The notes beneath the pieces were generated by a model. It was not told the origin of the DNA, did not search any database, and saw nothing but the letters and a program-made list of their open reading frames with translations. A DNA stretch of 64,000 bases, taken from an uncultured bacterium. GTDB taxonomy: Bacteria > Cyanobacteriota > Vampirovibrionia > Gastranaerophilales > Gastranaerophilaceae. Shown here in pieces: positions 1 through 10,375 of this stretch. The DNA is taken from assembly GCA_949288725.1 (NCBI GenBank), contig CASELF010000027.1, forward strand, positions 89,487-153,486, in the 5' to 3' direction. The translations under genes were made by a program, and so were the position numbers. Positions within the stretch are counted from its first letter, which is position 1. Each line of letters starts with the position of its first letter.

Positions 1-1119
1 GCAAAAGCTCTAAGAACAGCAGATCCAATGTTAGACGCTTACGCAGATAAAAAATGGGCAACATTACAAGATACTCCGCTGGAATTTACTATCACTCGTG
101 AAAACTATGAAGATGAAATGACAGGAACAATCGTTGAAAACGAAGAATTATCCGCAGAATTAAAAAAATATGGAATAACTCCAATACCAAAAGATTTTTT
201 AGGCGGACGTGTAGGAATAATTAATAAAGAAGGCACAGAAGCCTTAATGGCAATAAAGAAATATCTTCCAACACTTGCCGATAATATGCCATATAAAGAT
301 GAATACACTCAAACGATTTCAGCAGATTCTGATGCACAACAAACTATGGTAGATGTTGATATGGTAATGGCATCAGGCGATGTCGGAGAATATAGAGGTG
401 GAATTACACTTGCTGAAAATCTTCCAAACTCTGACAAACTATCACTAACAATAGGAGGAGGTAGAAGAAACGTTTATCACAGACAAATTAGATTTATCAG
501 TGATAAGAAAAAACTTCAAGAAAGATTAGATGCAATTCTAGACAAAGAACAGCATAAATATTACTTAGATGAAGCAGATCACTGGTTTACAATTGGTCAT
601 GAAAACGCACACTCACTTGGACCAAAAGAAGGTAGTGAAAAACTTGGCAAATACAGAAATATTATTGAAGAAAACAAAGCAGATATGGGCTCATTAGCAT
701 TTGTAGATTTGTTAACAGAACTTGGAATGTACACCCCTGAACAAAGACTTCAAATAATAGTAACAACAGTTACAGATAACTTCCTAAAATCAAAGCCTGT
801 ATTATCACAAGCACACAGAGTCCGTACCGTAATGCAGAACAAATATTTTGCAGATAGAGGAGGCTACGAAATAACAAAAGAAGGCAAAATAAAAGTAAAC
901 ATCGATAAAGTTGTTCCTATAGCAAAAGAAATGCTATCCGAAATTGTAAGAATACAAATCGATGGTGATTTTAACAAGGCTGAAAAATATGTTCTTGATA
1001 ACTTTGTATGGACAGATAATATGGAACTTATCGCGCAAAAACTACAAAAAGTTTCAAAAGCCCTTAACGGAACACTGGAAACTGAACTTGCAGATAAATT
1101 GCTGGGAAAACAAAATTAA
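1..1119 (+). CDS. Zinc metallopeptidase, DPP III (M49)-like; 5' end cut by window edge
   Basis: Frame 1 is open from nt 1, with no stop before the first Met at 28, so the gene begins upstream of the window. It has a HENAH (HEXXH) zinc motif followed ~20 aa later by EENKAD, which resembles the bacterial M49 second motif EEx(K/R)A(E/D). Confidence 0.5.
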   Translation, partial: AKALRTADPMLDAYADKKWATLQDTPLEFTITRENYEDEMTGTIVENEELSAELKKYGITPIPKDFLGGRVGIINKEGTEALMAIKKYLPTLADNMPYKDEYTQTISADSDAQQTMVDVDMVMASGDVGEYRGGITLAENLPNSDKLSLTIGGGRRNVYHRQIRFISDKKKLQERLDAILDKEQHKYYLDEADHWFTIGHENAHSLGPKEGSEKLGKYRNIIEENKADMGSLAFVDLLTELGMYTPEQRLQIIVTTVTDNFLKSKPVLSQAHRVRTVMQNKYFADRGGYEITKEGKIKVNIDKVVPIAKEMLSEIVRIQIDGDFNKAEKYVLDNFVWTDNMELIAQKLQKVSKALNGTLETELADKLLGKQN

Positions 1120-1144
1120 ATAAAAACAAATTGACAACACATAA

Positions 1145-1195
1145 CAAAAAATATTCTTGCATTAGACAATAAAATCTATGCAAGAATATTTTTTA
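1145..1195. terminator. Bidirectional intrinsic terminator between the peptidase gene and dnaE
   Basis: AATATTCTTGCA (1150-1161) pairs with TGCAAGAATATT (1179-1190). An A-run lies upstream and a T-run (1191-1195) downstream, so the hairpin can serve both convergent genes. Confidence 0.7.
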
Positions 1196-1196
1196 T

Positions 1197-4100
1197 TTAG
1201 CAACAAACTGCTTCTTTTTCATCATCTTCAGAGAAATCTCTATCCATAGAACGGATTGAAAGATCAATTTTATTTCCAAAATTTTTCTTTAATATATTAA
1301 CCAAATCATTAGAAGAATTTACCCAGAAAATAGATGATGTAAGAATTTTTACAGGTCCGGTTAAATCAGGGAGTTTAAACATAACAGGATCTGAACCTGA
1401 ATTTTTACATAGCAATTGTTTTATTTGGAAGAATTCTTCAAAGGACAATTCTTCTTTAACCTTTATTGTAAAAATATTAGAATTATCGACAGTTTTAACG
1501 GTATCAATTAAAATTGCAGGAGGGTCATTTTCTTTTCTCCTACTAACTTTACCGGAAACGATAATTCTCTGTTCAGGTTGAAGAAAATCATTATACTCCG
1601 CGATTTTTGAATTAAAAGCAATTGCATCAATTCTACCAGACAAATCTTCAATAGTAACAAACCTGATAAATTTAGACGGGTCATTTTTGGTTGGAATTTG
1701 CTTAATACCTGTAACCAAACCGCAAATAGTAACGACTTTGTCATTAGGCAACTCTGCCAAATCAGTAATTTTGTGAGTCATTAAAAACGGCAACTTTTCA
1801 CGAATAGTTGAAAGAGGGTGACTTGTTACGTAGAACCCTAAAAATTCTTTTTCAAAAATTTGAATTTGACGAGGATCAAATTCTTCATCAGACCCTGCAA
1901 GATTAAATTTTGCATTATCAATAGAATTTGCATCACCTAGCATATCAAAAAGACTTCCTTGACCTGATTCTTTTTGTTTTGCTTCTTTTGCCGCTGTTGC
2001 AGTTATATATTCAATATTTTCTAATAACTGTTTGCGGCTTTTTTCAATAGATGAAAATGCACCGGCTTTAATCAAACCTTCTAATGCTCTTTTATTTGAA
2101 CATTTGATATCAACCCTTTTTATATAATCATAAATCGACTTAAATTCACCATTTGCTTCACGTTCTTTTATAATTTCTTCGCAAACAGCCTCGCCAACCT
2201 GCTTAATTGAAGCAAGTCCAAATCTGATATTATCACCGTCAGGCGTGAAAGATGCAAGAGAATGGTTTATATCAGGAGGCAAAACTTTTATACCTTTTTT
2301 CAAACATTCTTCAATATATAATTGAGTTTTTTCTTGTTCACCCGCAACACTTGATAATAATTCTGACAAATATTCAACAGGGTAATGGCATTTTAAATAT
2401 GCAGTTTGATAAGCAACAAAAGCATACGCAGCAGAATGGGATCTGTTAAAGCAGTATGACGCAAAACTTAAAATCTGATTAAATAATGTCGTAGCATCTT
2501 CTGATGACATTCCGTGTTTTGCTGAACGTTCAATGAATTTGCCTTTTTGCTTTTCCATCTCGTCAACTTTTTTCTTACCCATCATACGGCGAACCATATC
2601 CGCTTGACCCAACGTATAATCAGCAAGAACTTGGAATACTTGCATAATCTGCTCTTGATAAACAATCGTTCCGTAAGTATCTTTAAGCACAGGTTCCAAT
2701 AAAGGATGAGCATAAGAAATTGGCTCTTCACCATGTTTTCTTTTAACAAAAACATCCACCATTCCGGAATCCAAAGGTCCCGGTCTGAATAATGCAACAA
2801 GAGCACCTAAATCTTCAAACACGTCCGGTCTTAAACGTTTGACAAGATTTTTCATTCCCTGAGATTCCAACTGGAATACCCCATCCGTATCGCCTGCCAT
2901 TAACATTTCATACACAGGCTTGTCATCTAAAGGTATATCATTAATTTTAATATCAATACCTTGACGTTTCTTAATTGATGCAACTGTTTTATAAATAGTT
3001 GTAAGGTTACGAAGCCCCAAAAAGTCCATTTTCAAAAGACTTAAAACTTCAGTAACAGCATGAGGCGGATATCCTGTTTGAATAATACCATCTTTTGATG
3101 GCTGAACAGGAATAATTTCATCTAACGGTTTTGGCGCAATAATAACACCAGCAGCATGTGTACCTGTATTATTTTTAATTCCCTCAATTCCGATAGCCAA
3201 ATCAATTAAACGCTTCAGACCTATTGTTTTACCTTCAATCGGATCTATAACAATTTGCTCATCTTTATCATACAACGCCCTTAATTCAGAACCCTCATAT
3301 TGCATTGCCATTTTAAGTGTTTTGGCTTTATCATTTTGAGTAAGAGCAAATTCTATCGCAGGGTCAATCAATGCTGCAAGTCTGTTACTTTCAGAAAACG
3401 GAACACGCATAATTCTTGCAACACCTTTAAATGCGGCTTTGGCCGCATAAGTACCAAAGGTTATAATCTGGCAAACCCTGTCTTCACCATATTTTTTTGC
3501 TACATAATCAATAACTTCTCCCCTACGTTCAATACAAAAGTCGATATCAATATCAGGCATTGTAAAACGTTCAGGGTTCAAAAATCTTTCAAACAAGAGT
3601 TTATGCTTAATCGGATCCAAATCCGTAATTTCAAGAGCATAAGCAACAACAGAACCCGCTGCAGAACCTCTACCTGGACCTACTGGAATTCCATGAGTTT
3701 TGGCATAGTGGATAAAGTCCCAAGTCAAAAGAAAATACGCCGCAAAACCCATCTGATTAATTACACTGAGTTCGTACTCCATACGCTCTTTTAACTCTTT
3801 TGTCAATTCGCCATATCTTTTCTTCATACCGCAATGAACTAAATATGCAAGATATGTTTCATTAGTATAACCGTCAGGAACCGGATAATTTGGTAAAGGA
3901 CTTTTGCCCATACATAATTTTTCACACTTTTCAGCAATTTTTACAGTATTTGAAATACAACGCTCAAAAGTTTCACTATCCATCCACTTAAACGCATCTC
4001 TCAATTGAGATACTGTTTTTACGTAAAACTCATTATTTGCAAAATGAAACCTGTTTGGATCATCCTTATCACTATTTGTATTCATACACAACAAAGTGTC

Positions 4101-4757
4101 ATGCATATCAGCATCTTCCATTCGCAAATAGTGTGAGTCATTGGTGATAACCATTTCAATTCCAAGTTCATTGGCTATTTTTATTAAATCAGGATTAGTT
4201 CTTTTCTGATCATCCAACCCATGGTCTTGTAATTCAATGTAATAATCTTCACCAAACAATTCTTTATATCTTTTTGCAACCGCTTTTGCCTCCTCATAAC
4301 CTGATTTCATAAGCGTTTGCAAAACTTCTCCACCTAAACAAGCAGAACAACATACAAGTCCTTCATGGTGCTGTTGAAGTAATTCCCAATTTATACGAGG
4401 GTGAACATATCTACCCTTACACCACGCAATAGAAACAAGTTTAATAAGATTTGCATAACCTGTTTTGTTTTTTACAAGTAAAACCAAGTGATAACAAGGG
4501 TTGTTATTCTTATCCCGCTCTGTAATATCACCATTATGAACATAAAATTCACAACCCATAATTGGCTTTACTTCAGTATTTTCAGCCAATTCCTGCAATT
4601 CCATATCACCATACATTACCCCGTGATCGGTTACTGCAACTGCAGGCATGTTGTTTTCTTTGCAAAATTCTATTAAATCCTTTATCTTTATTGCCCCATC
4701 AAGAAGCGAATACTCCGTGTGCAAATGTAAAGGCACATATTTTACTACACTATCCAT
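1197..4757 (-). CDS. dnaE: DNA polymerase III alpha subunit
   Basis: 1186 aa. N-terminal PHP domain (VPLHLHTEYSLLDG, AVTDHG), polymerase core (GPGRGSAAGS, MPDIDIDF), HhH and a C-terminal OB-fold region. The length is typical of DnaE. Confidence 0.95.
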   Translation of the reverse strand: MDSVVKYVPLHLHTEYSLLDGAIKIKDLIEFCKENNMPAVAVTDHGVMYGDMELQELAENTEVKPIMGCEFYVHNGDITERDKNNNPCYHLVLLVKNKTGYANLIKLVSIAWCKGRYVHPRINWELLQQHHEGLVCCSACLGGEVLQTLMKSGYEEAKAVAKRYKELFGEDYYIELQDHGLDDQKRTNPDLIKIANELGIEMVITNDSHYLRMEDADMHDTLLCMNTNSDKDDPNRFHFANNEFYVKTVSQLRDAFKWMDSETFERCISNTVKIAEKCEKLCMGKSPLPNYPVPDGYTNETYLAYLVHCGMKKRYGELTKELKERMEYELSVINQMGFAAYFLLTWDFIHYAKTHGIPVGPGRGSAAGSVVAYALEITDLDPIKHKLLFERFLNPERFTMPDIDIDFCIERRGEVIDYVAKKYGEDRVCQIITFGTYAAKAAFKGVARIMRVPFSESNRLAALIDPAIEFALTQNDKAKTLKMAMQYEGSELRALYDKDEQIVIDPIEGKTIGLKRLIDLAIGIEGIKNNTGTHAAGVIIAPKPLDEIIPVQPSKDGIIQTGYPPHAVTEVLSLLKMDFLGLRNLTTIYKTVASIKKRQGIDIKINDIPLDDKPVYEMLMAGDTDGVFQLESQGMKNLVKRLRPDVFEDLGALVALFRPGPLDSGMVDVFVKRKHGEEPISYAHPLLEPVLKDTYGTIVYQEQIMQVFQVLADYTLGQADMVRRMMGKKKVDEMEKQKGKFIERSAKHGMSSEDATTLFNQILSFASYCFNRSHSAAYAFVAYQTAYLKCHYPVEYLSELLSSVAGEQEKTQLYIEECLKKGIKVLPPDINHSLASFTPDGDNIRFGLASIKQVGEAVCEEIIKEREANGEFKSIYDYIKRVDIKCSNKRALEGLIKAGAFSSIEKSRKQLLENIEYITATAAKEAKQKESGQGSLFDMLGDANSIDNAKFNLAGSDEEFDPRQIQIFEKEFLGFYVTSHPLSTIREKLPFLMTHKITDLAELPNDKVVTICGLVTGIKQIPTKNDPSKFIRFVTIEDLSGRIDAIAFNSKIAEYNDFLQPEQRIIVSGKVSRRKENDPPAILIDTVKTVDNSNIFTIKVKEELSFEEFFQIKQLLCKNSGSDPVMFKLPDLTGPVKILTSSIFWVNSSNDLVNILKKNFGNKIDLSIRSMDRDFSEDDEKEAVCC

Positions 4758-4816
4758 AGCAACATTTTACACGAAGCAAAGTTACTTTTACAATAAAATT
4801 TGAACAAATATTACTA

Positions 4817-5725
4817 CTACTTATCACCCATCCAAAGGGTTAAACGTTTTGCTTCAAGATCTTTGTATGCTGCAGGAAAATCCATTTCAATCAATAAATC
4901 ATGGATTTGCTGAATAATATATCTTCTTCTATGAGTAATAGAAACAATTTTTCTTGCAGTAGTTCCTATTAGGTGCAAGAAATATTTTCTATATTTTTTA
5001 TCATAACCATTATCACGAGCATATCTATATGTATTTTTTAAAACTTCCAACTCATCAACAATACGCTCCTGAACGTTGTCAGCCGTAGTATAAGAACCTT
5101 CCCTTTCTAGACGATAGTCATATAAAGGATCATCTATTACCAAAATACTATCAACTTGTGAACAAACCTTGAAGGTAAAATCAGAATCTTCAACAATAAG
5201 TCCAACTGGAAATCTTGCATTCAACCTATCTATCAAAGATTTTCTAAAAACTCTATTCCAACAAACTCCGACAAATAAAGTCAATTCATCGTCATTAATT
5301 TTTATTGTTCTATCGCCTTCTTTATCTTCATCTTGAAGTTTTTTAGAACCGTCAGGTTTAACATTATAGTTGTTAAACATAACAATATCACATTTAGTTT
5401 TGCTTAACTTATTATTTAAAACTTCCAACGCATTCAATTCAATCCAATCATCTGAATCGACAAACATAATAACATCACCGGTCGCAGCATCCAAACCTGC
5501 ATTTCGAGCAGCAGAAACACCTTTATTTTCTTCTTGAGTTAAAATCTTAAAACGAGAATCCGCATTGGCATATTCTCGAACAATATCCATAGAAGAATCC
5601 TTGCCTCTATCATCTACACAAAGGACTTCAAAATCACCAAACGTTTGATTTTTAATACTATCTAAACAATCTCTAATTTCTTTTTCTACATTATAAACCG
5701 GTACAATTATTGAAAATACAGCCAT
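4817..5725 (-). CDS. Family 2 (GT-A) glycosyltransferase
   Basis: N-terminus FSIIVPVYNVEKEIRDCLDSIKNQTF...VDDRGKDSS and a DSDD (DxD) motif. The ATG overlaps the stop of the upstream ORF (TAATG), suggesting translational coupling. Confidence 0.85.
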   Translation of the reverse strand: MAVFSIIVPVYNVEKEIRDCLDSIKNQTFGDFEVLCVDDRGKDSSMDIVREYANADSRFKILTQEENKGVSAARNAGLDAATGDVIMFVDSDDWIELNALEVLNNKLSKTKCDIVMFNNYNVKPDGSKKLQDEDKEGDRTIKINDDELTLFVGVCWNRVFRKSLIDRLNARFPVGLIVEDSDFTFKVCSQVDSILVIDDPLYDYRLEREGSYTTADNVQERIVDELEVLKNTYRYARDNGYDKKYRKYFLHLIGTTARKIVSITHRRRYIIQQIHDLLIEMDFPAAYKDLEAKRLTLWMGDK

Positions 5726-6630
5726 TACACACCTGCCTCTGAATTTACTTCAGGCTCGCTCAATTCTATATCTATTGCTTTTTGCAAACATAAAACCTGT
5801 TTGTAATAATTCTTTTTTTGAAGATAAATATCTGACAACTGATACCAATAATTTTTATCACTACCTTTTTGAGGCTCAAATTCTTTATACATTTTAATAG
5901 CCTTATCAGGTTTCAATTGACATACAGCGATTATATTGGCAATATCAAGTTTATACTGATAATCCTGAGTTAATGCAAACAAATTTTCATCTAATTTGAT
6001 TGCAGCGTCATAATCTTTTTCATCAATCAACTTTTGAACAGATTTCTTCAACGTATGAATTTCTTTTTGCTTCAAACAGAAATCCCTTTTCTCAAAATTT
6101 TTATAAACTTCATTTAATTCAGCGTAATTATTCCAATATTCGGGATCTTTAGGATTTTCAGGTTCAATCTCCTGATAAATTTCCATTGCTTGCTTAAAAT
6201 TTTTATATTTTTGATACAGAATATCTGCAATATTTTTTCGATAAACATATCTTTTGGAAAACTGATACATTTGCTCATTCAAATTAATCAAATCAGGATA
6301 ATTTTCTTCTTTTTTTAATTCTTCAAGCCTTTTTTTGTACAAGGAAAACAATTTTCTTGTAATATCAGGGACCAATTGCAAAGCACTATAACGACCACGT
6401 ATCTTATCGACAAAGTTATAAGCAACACGTTTTGTTAAAATTAAATAAGTTGAATGGTCACAAATTTCCGGGTGCTGTAAAATCAATTTACTTATAGAAT
6501 TACCCTCATTAATCAACTCGAAATACTCTTTTTCCAAATCTTTAAAACTTGGATAATCTTCTACATTTTTTTCTAATGCTGCTTGAGCTTTTTGCTTAAA
6601 TTGTTCAAGTAAATTATCAATATCTTCCAT
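5725..6630 (-). CDS. Hypothetical helical-repeat (TPR-like) protein
   Basis: 301-aa ORF rich in Y/K/E with repeated helical units (e.g. AIKMYKEFEP, AMEIYQEIEP). No catalytic motif recognised. Coupled to the downstream GT2 gene. Confidence 0.5.
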   Translation of the reverse strand: MEDIDNLLEQFKQKAQAALEKNVEDYPSFKDLEKEYFELINEGNSISKLILQHPEICDHSTYLILTKRVAYNFVDKIRGRYSALQLVPDITRKLFSLYKKRLEELKKEENYPDLINLNEQMYQFSKRYVYRKNIADILYQKYKNFKQAMEIYQEIEPENPKDPEYWNNYAELNEVYKNFEKRDFCLKQKEIHTLKKSVQKLIDEKDYDAAIKLDENLFALTQDYQYKLDIANIIAVCQLKPDKAIKMYKEFEPQKGSDKNYWYQLSDIYLQKKNYYKQVLCLQKAIDIELSEPEVNSEAGV

Positions 6631-6714
6631 AACTCTTCCAATAATCTATTATCATATAATACTATACAATTGTTAAATTTCAAATCCTTTTGTCATTGTA
6701 AATTTTAGAAACTG

Positions 6715-7959
6715 CTATATGCAATTAACATATTTATCAATTTCTTCATCAGAATTCATTTCTGTTACTGCGACAAGAACCTTGTTATTATCAAGTTTTA
6801 TACCGCCGACAATTTTGTTTTCTTTTAACTTTGCAAGAAAATCATCACTGTTGTTAACTTGAATAGTAAATTCATTAAAGAAATTCTTATTTAAAGTTTT
6901 AATGCCTTTTGATTTTAATTTATCAGACAATTTATGAGCCCCGACAGCAGACAATTCACTAGCCTGCTTAAATCCTTTTTCACCCATAACTGATAAATAC
7001 AAAGTGGCACAAAGTCCAATCAACGCCTGATTAGAACAAATATTACTTGTCGCTTTTTCTCTTTTAATATGTTGTTCTCTGGTTTGAATAGTCAAGCAAA
7101 ATGCCTGCTTACCATCAGCATCAACAGTTCTTCCGGCTAATCTTCCCGGCAGTTGCCTCATGAACTTTTCTCTACAAGCCATAAACCCGGCACTAGGTCC
7201 ACCAAAATTCATAGGAATTCCCAACGCTTGAACATCACCAACTACAATATCAGCGCCGTATTCTACAGGCGGCTTCAAAACTGCCAATGTTGAAATATCA
7301 CAACATACAACAAGTAAACAATCCACCTTTTTAACCTGCAAAATTTCGCCGTAATAATCCGGAGTCTGAACCAATACACAAGCATAATCGGAAGTTTGCG
7401 AAGGAATTTCATCCTCCCAATCAACTTCTATTGACTGAGAATAAGTATAAGTTTTTATTACCTGCTTATATTCAGGATTAAGTGAGTTTAGCACACAAAC
7501 TTTGTACTTTTTAGAAATTCTGCAAGCCATCAAAATCGCTTCTGCACAAGCCGTTCCTGCATCATAAACAGTAGCATTGGAAACATCCATGCCTGTTAAT
7601 CTGCAAATCATAGTTTGAAATTCGTACATAACCTGCAATGTACCTTGCGAAATTTCAGGTTGATAAGGTGTATATGCAGTTGTAAATTCAAATCTTCCTG
7701 CAACTTGAGAAATACATGCAGGAACAAATTTGTTATAAATCCCGCCTCCTGCAAATATGGCATAATCAGATTTATTTTTCTTTGCCAAAGACTTAATTGC
7801 TTTTTGTGTTTCTAATTCGCTTAAGCCTTCACCTAATTTCAATTCAGGCATTCTGACAGATTGAGAAATTTGTTTGAATAAATCTTCAACCTTATCAACA
7901 CCTGCCACCTGACACATTTCTTTTGTCGTTTCTTCGTTATGTACTAAAAAATTATTCAT
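6715..7959 (-). CDS. gcvPA: Glycine dehydrogenase (decarboxylating) subunit 1 (P-protein N-terminal half)
   Basis: 414 aa. N-terminus ([22 protein letters not shown]) and body ([36 protein letters not shown]-like block) match GcvPA. It starts 1 nt after the gcvH stop. Confidence 0.85.
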   Translation of the reverse strand: [414 protein letters not shown]

Positions 7960-7960
7960 A

Positions 7961-8341
7961 TTACTCCAATTCTTCTTTATACTCTGAATAAGTTAACAAA
8001 TCAGAAAATTCTTCTTCATCACCAGTTGCCTCAACTTTGACAAGCCAACCGTTTTCGTATGAATCCTCATTCAACATCTCCGGTGCGTCTATCAATGCTG
8101 TATTAACTTCAACGATTTTACCGCTTATTGGCATGTAAATTTCAGAAGCTGCTTTTACAGATTCAATATTTGCAAAAACATCACCCTTTGCAAATTCATC
8201 GCCCACCTCCGGCAATTCCAAAAATACAATATCACCTAACTGCTCTATAGCATAATCTGTTAAACCGATTGTACATAAATCATCACCCTTTAATATATAT
8301 TCATGAGATTTTGTACATAAAATATCATCTGAGAAATTCAT
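7961..8341 (-). CDS. gcvH: Glycine cleavage system H protein
   Basis: 126 aa with the lipoyl-lysine motif (IESVKAASEIYMPISGKIVEVN) and the typical H-protein length. Confidence 0.95.
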   Translation of the reverse strand: MNFSDDILCTKSHEYILKGDDLCTIGLTDYAIEQLGDIVFLELPEVGDEFAKGDVFANIESVKAASEIYMPISGKIVEVNTALIDAPEMLNEDSYENGWLVKVEATGDEEEFSDLLTYSEYKEELE

Positions 8342-8372
8342 CTGTTTAATCTCCTTTTCACCTTATATATAA

Positions 8373-9476
8373 CTATTTTACTCTATTCCTTTTTTGAATA
8401 AACGGTCGTTTTGTAACAACTGCATCGTGCAATTTTTCTCTAATCATAACTTGAATTATTGCATCCGGGCAAATTTCTTTGATATTTTTAACATAAGCAA
8501 GTGCTATATTTTTACCCGTACTTGGAGAAACACATCCGCTTGTAATATGTCCGACCTTTTCACCATTATAATATACTTCATAACCGTGTCTTGCAATATT
8601 CTTATCTAACATAGTTAATCCAATTAACTTCTTAGATACTCCGTTTGCTAACTGACTCATTATGATTTCTTTACCATTATAATCCGTTCTCTTATCCTTT
8701 GGTATAGACCAAGATAAACCTGCCTCGACAGGAGTTGTATTTTCATCTAAGTCATTTCCGTACAAATGAAGCGCCGCTTCTAATCTTAATGTATCTCTTG
8801 CGCCCAAACCTATTGGTTTTATACCATATTCTTTTCCTTCTTCCAAAATTTTATCCCATAAAAATTCGGAATACTCATTTTCTACAAGAAGTTCAAAACC
8901 ATCTTCGCCGGTATAACCCGTTCTTGATGCCAAAAGTTTTATCCCTTCTATAATTGCAGGTTTAATTGTAAAAGATTGCTGAGACGGAATACTATACCCC
9001 ATTTTTCTGATTAAATCTATTGCCCTTGGTCCTTGTATCGCAAGAAGTGAATAATTGTGTGATTGATTATCAATTTTCACATCCATTCCTCGCTTATTAC
9101 GAACCAACCAGTTTAAATCCTCATCAATTCTTGATGCATTACAAATTACAAGATAATATTCAATCCCTAGTTTGTATATAATTAAGTCATCTATTAAACC
9201 ACCGTTTTTGTTCGGTAATTGACAATATACAGCCTTTTCATAATCCAACTTTTCAATATCTTGCGGAACAACTTTATTTAAAAAAGCAGTAGCCTCTTTC
9301 CCCGAAACAAAAACTTCTCCCATATGGGAAACATCAAACACCCCAACATTTTCTCTAACAGTCTTATGCTCTTCAATAATGGATGAATACTGAACAGGCA
9401 TGTGCCACCCTGCAAAATCAACCATTTTAGCCCCCAAAGCTACATGTTTATCGTGTAAGTATGTTTCCTTAACCAT
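8373..9476 (-). CDS. gcvT: Aminomethyltransferase (glycine cleavage T protein)
   Basis: GcvT-type sequence (LHDKHVALGAKMVDFAGWHMPVQY, VFDVSHMGE). I chose the ATG at 9476 because GGGGGATAGGAAAT precedes it. The ORF-track start at 9524 has no SD. Confidence 0.93.
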   Translation of the reverse strand: MVKETYLHDKHVALGAKMVDFAGWHMPVQYSSIIEEHKTVRENVGVFDVSHMGEVFVSGKEATAFLNKVVPQDIEKLDYEKAVYCQLPNKNGGLIDDLIIYKLGIEYYLVICNASRIDEDLNWLVRNKRGMDVKIDNQSHNYSLLAIQGPRAIDLIRKMGYSIPSQQSFTIKPAIIEGIKLLASRTGYTGEDGFELLVENEYSEFLWDKILEEGKEYGIKPIGLGARDTLRLEAALHLYGNDLDENTTPVEAGLSWSIPKDKRTDYNGKEIIMSQLANGVSKKLIGLTMLDKNIARHGYEVYYNGEKVGHITSGCVSPSTGKNIALAYVKNIKEICPDAIIQVMIREKLHDAVVTKRPFIQKRNRVK

Positions 9477-9557
9477 ATTTCCTATCCCCCTCAAACTATA
9501 TTCATTCTGCACGTAAACGCGCATATTGTCAATACTTATATTGAGATAAGTTAATAC

Positions 9558-10244
9558 TTATTGGTGTAAATAATCTAAATTCCCATTTTGAATTACATAA
9601 TATGCGCAACCATAACCTGTTGAGTTTTTAGGAATACAATGCGTGGTATATGGATAAGTTGATTTAGGCGCACCCCATGGTTTCAAGGTTTCATCCTCAT
9701 AAGTAAAAACAAATAAATCACTACCCCACTGATTTGGTAGTTTTTCACCGTTTGTATCAACAAAAAAGACAATAAATGCACCACTTCTACGCTCATTCGT
9801 ATCGGTTGATTTCCACCAAACAGAAGTACCATTCATAAGTACAACTTTATAATACCTGGTATCAGTTGCATATTTTATATCATGGTTGGCACCATTTCTT
9901 CTTTTATACTCACGTTTTATACAAGATTGATTTGTATCCTTTGTTCCACAGTCTTCTAATATTTTTAGTTGAGGCTTCAAATGTTCAGCAATACTCATTG
10001 CATCCTTACTTGAAGTATATTCTGAAACCCACCCGGAAGCACCACCGCTTTCCTGTTCAGCTAACCTCACAGCCTCTGTCAAAATTGAATGTGTGGCTTG
10101 TAGTTTTGAAACTGTTTCTCTTTCTCGGATATTTTGAATCAATGTAGGTATTGCCATGGCAGAAATAACGCCTATTATACCAATAGCAATCAAAACTTCG
10201 GCTAAACTAAATCCAACTCTCTTTTCATTCTCAATCTTTTTCAT
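9558..10244 (-). CDS. Prepilin-type N-terminal cleavage/methylation domain protein (type IV pilin-like)
   Basis: MKKIENEKRVG/FSLAEVLIAIGIIGVISAMAIP matches the class III signal peptide (G-F-S/T-L-x-E plus a hydrophobic helix). The globular C-terminal part carries Cys residues. Start taken at the ATG (10244) rather than the upstream TTG. Confidence 0.75.
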   Translation of the reverse strand: MKKIENEKRVGFSLAEVLIAIGIIGVISAMAIPTLIQNIRERETVSKLQATHSILTEAVRLAEQESGGASGWVSEYTSSKDAMSIAEHLKPQLKILEDCGTKDTNQSCIKREYKRRNGANHDIKYATDTRYYKVVLMNGTSVWWKSTDTNERRSGAFIVFFVDTNGEKLPNQWGSDLFVFTYEDETLKPWGAPKSTYPYTTHCIPKNSTGYGCAYYVIQNGNLDYLHQ

Positions 10245-10343
10245 AATACATAACAAAACATTATATTGTATAATTCATATTTTCCAATATAGCATAAACC
10301 ATATATCGGGTCAAATTAACACAAGTTAATGTGAAAGAAGATT

Positions 10344-10374
10344 AAAAAAAGGGACTTTTAAAAAGTCCCTTTTA
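10344..10374 (-). terminator. Intrinsic terminator after the J-protein gene
   Basis: AGGGACTTT/AAAGTCCCT hairpin (10350-10370), followed on the minus strand by a U-run (complement of the A-run at 10344-10350). Confidence 0.7.
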
Positions 10375-10375
10375 C

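Noticed and set aside
3300-3794. Long antisense ORFs opposite well-supported genes. Examples: 3300-3794 (+) in dnaE, 36465-36932 (-) in the 715-aa gene, 41217-41639 and 41896-42357 (-) in uvrB, 56272-56700 (-) in the giant ORF, 62065-62649 (+) and 62935-63303 (+).
   Set aside because: Their translations are low-complexity and rich in F/L/I/C/K, which is typical of reverse frames in AT-rich coding DNA. They have no SD or recognisable motifs, and each lies fully inside a gene with strong homology-type motifs on the other strand.
9477-9557. A glycine riboswitch upstream of gcvT.
   Set aside because: Only ~80 nt are available, and the conserved GGAGAG/CACCG/GGGGCAA-type cores are absent.
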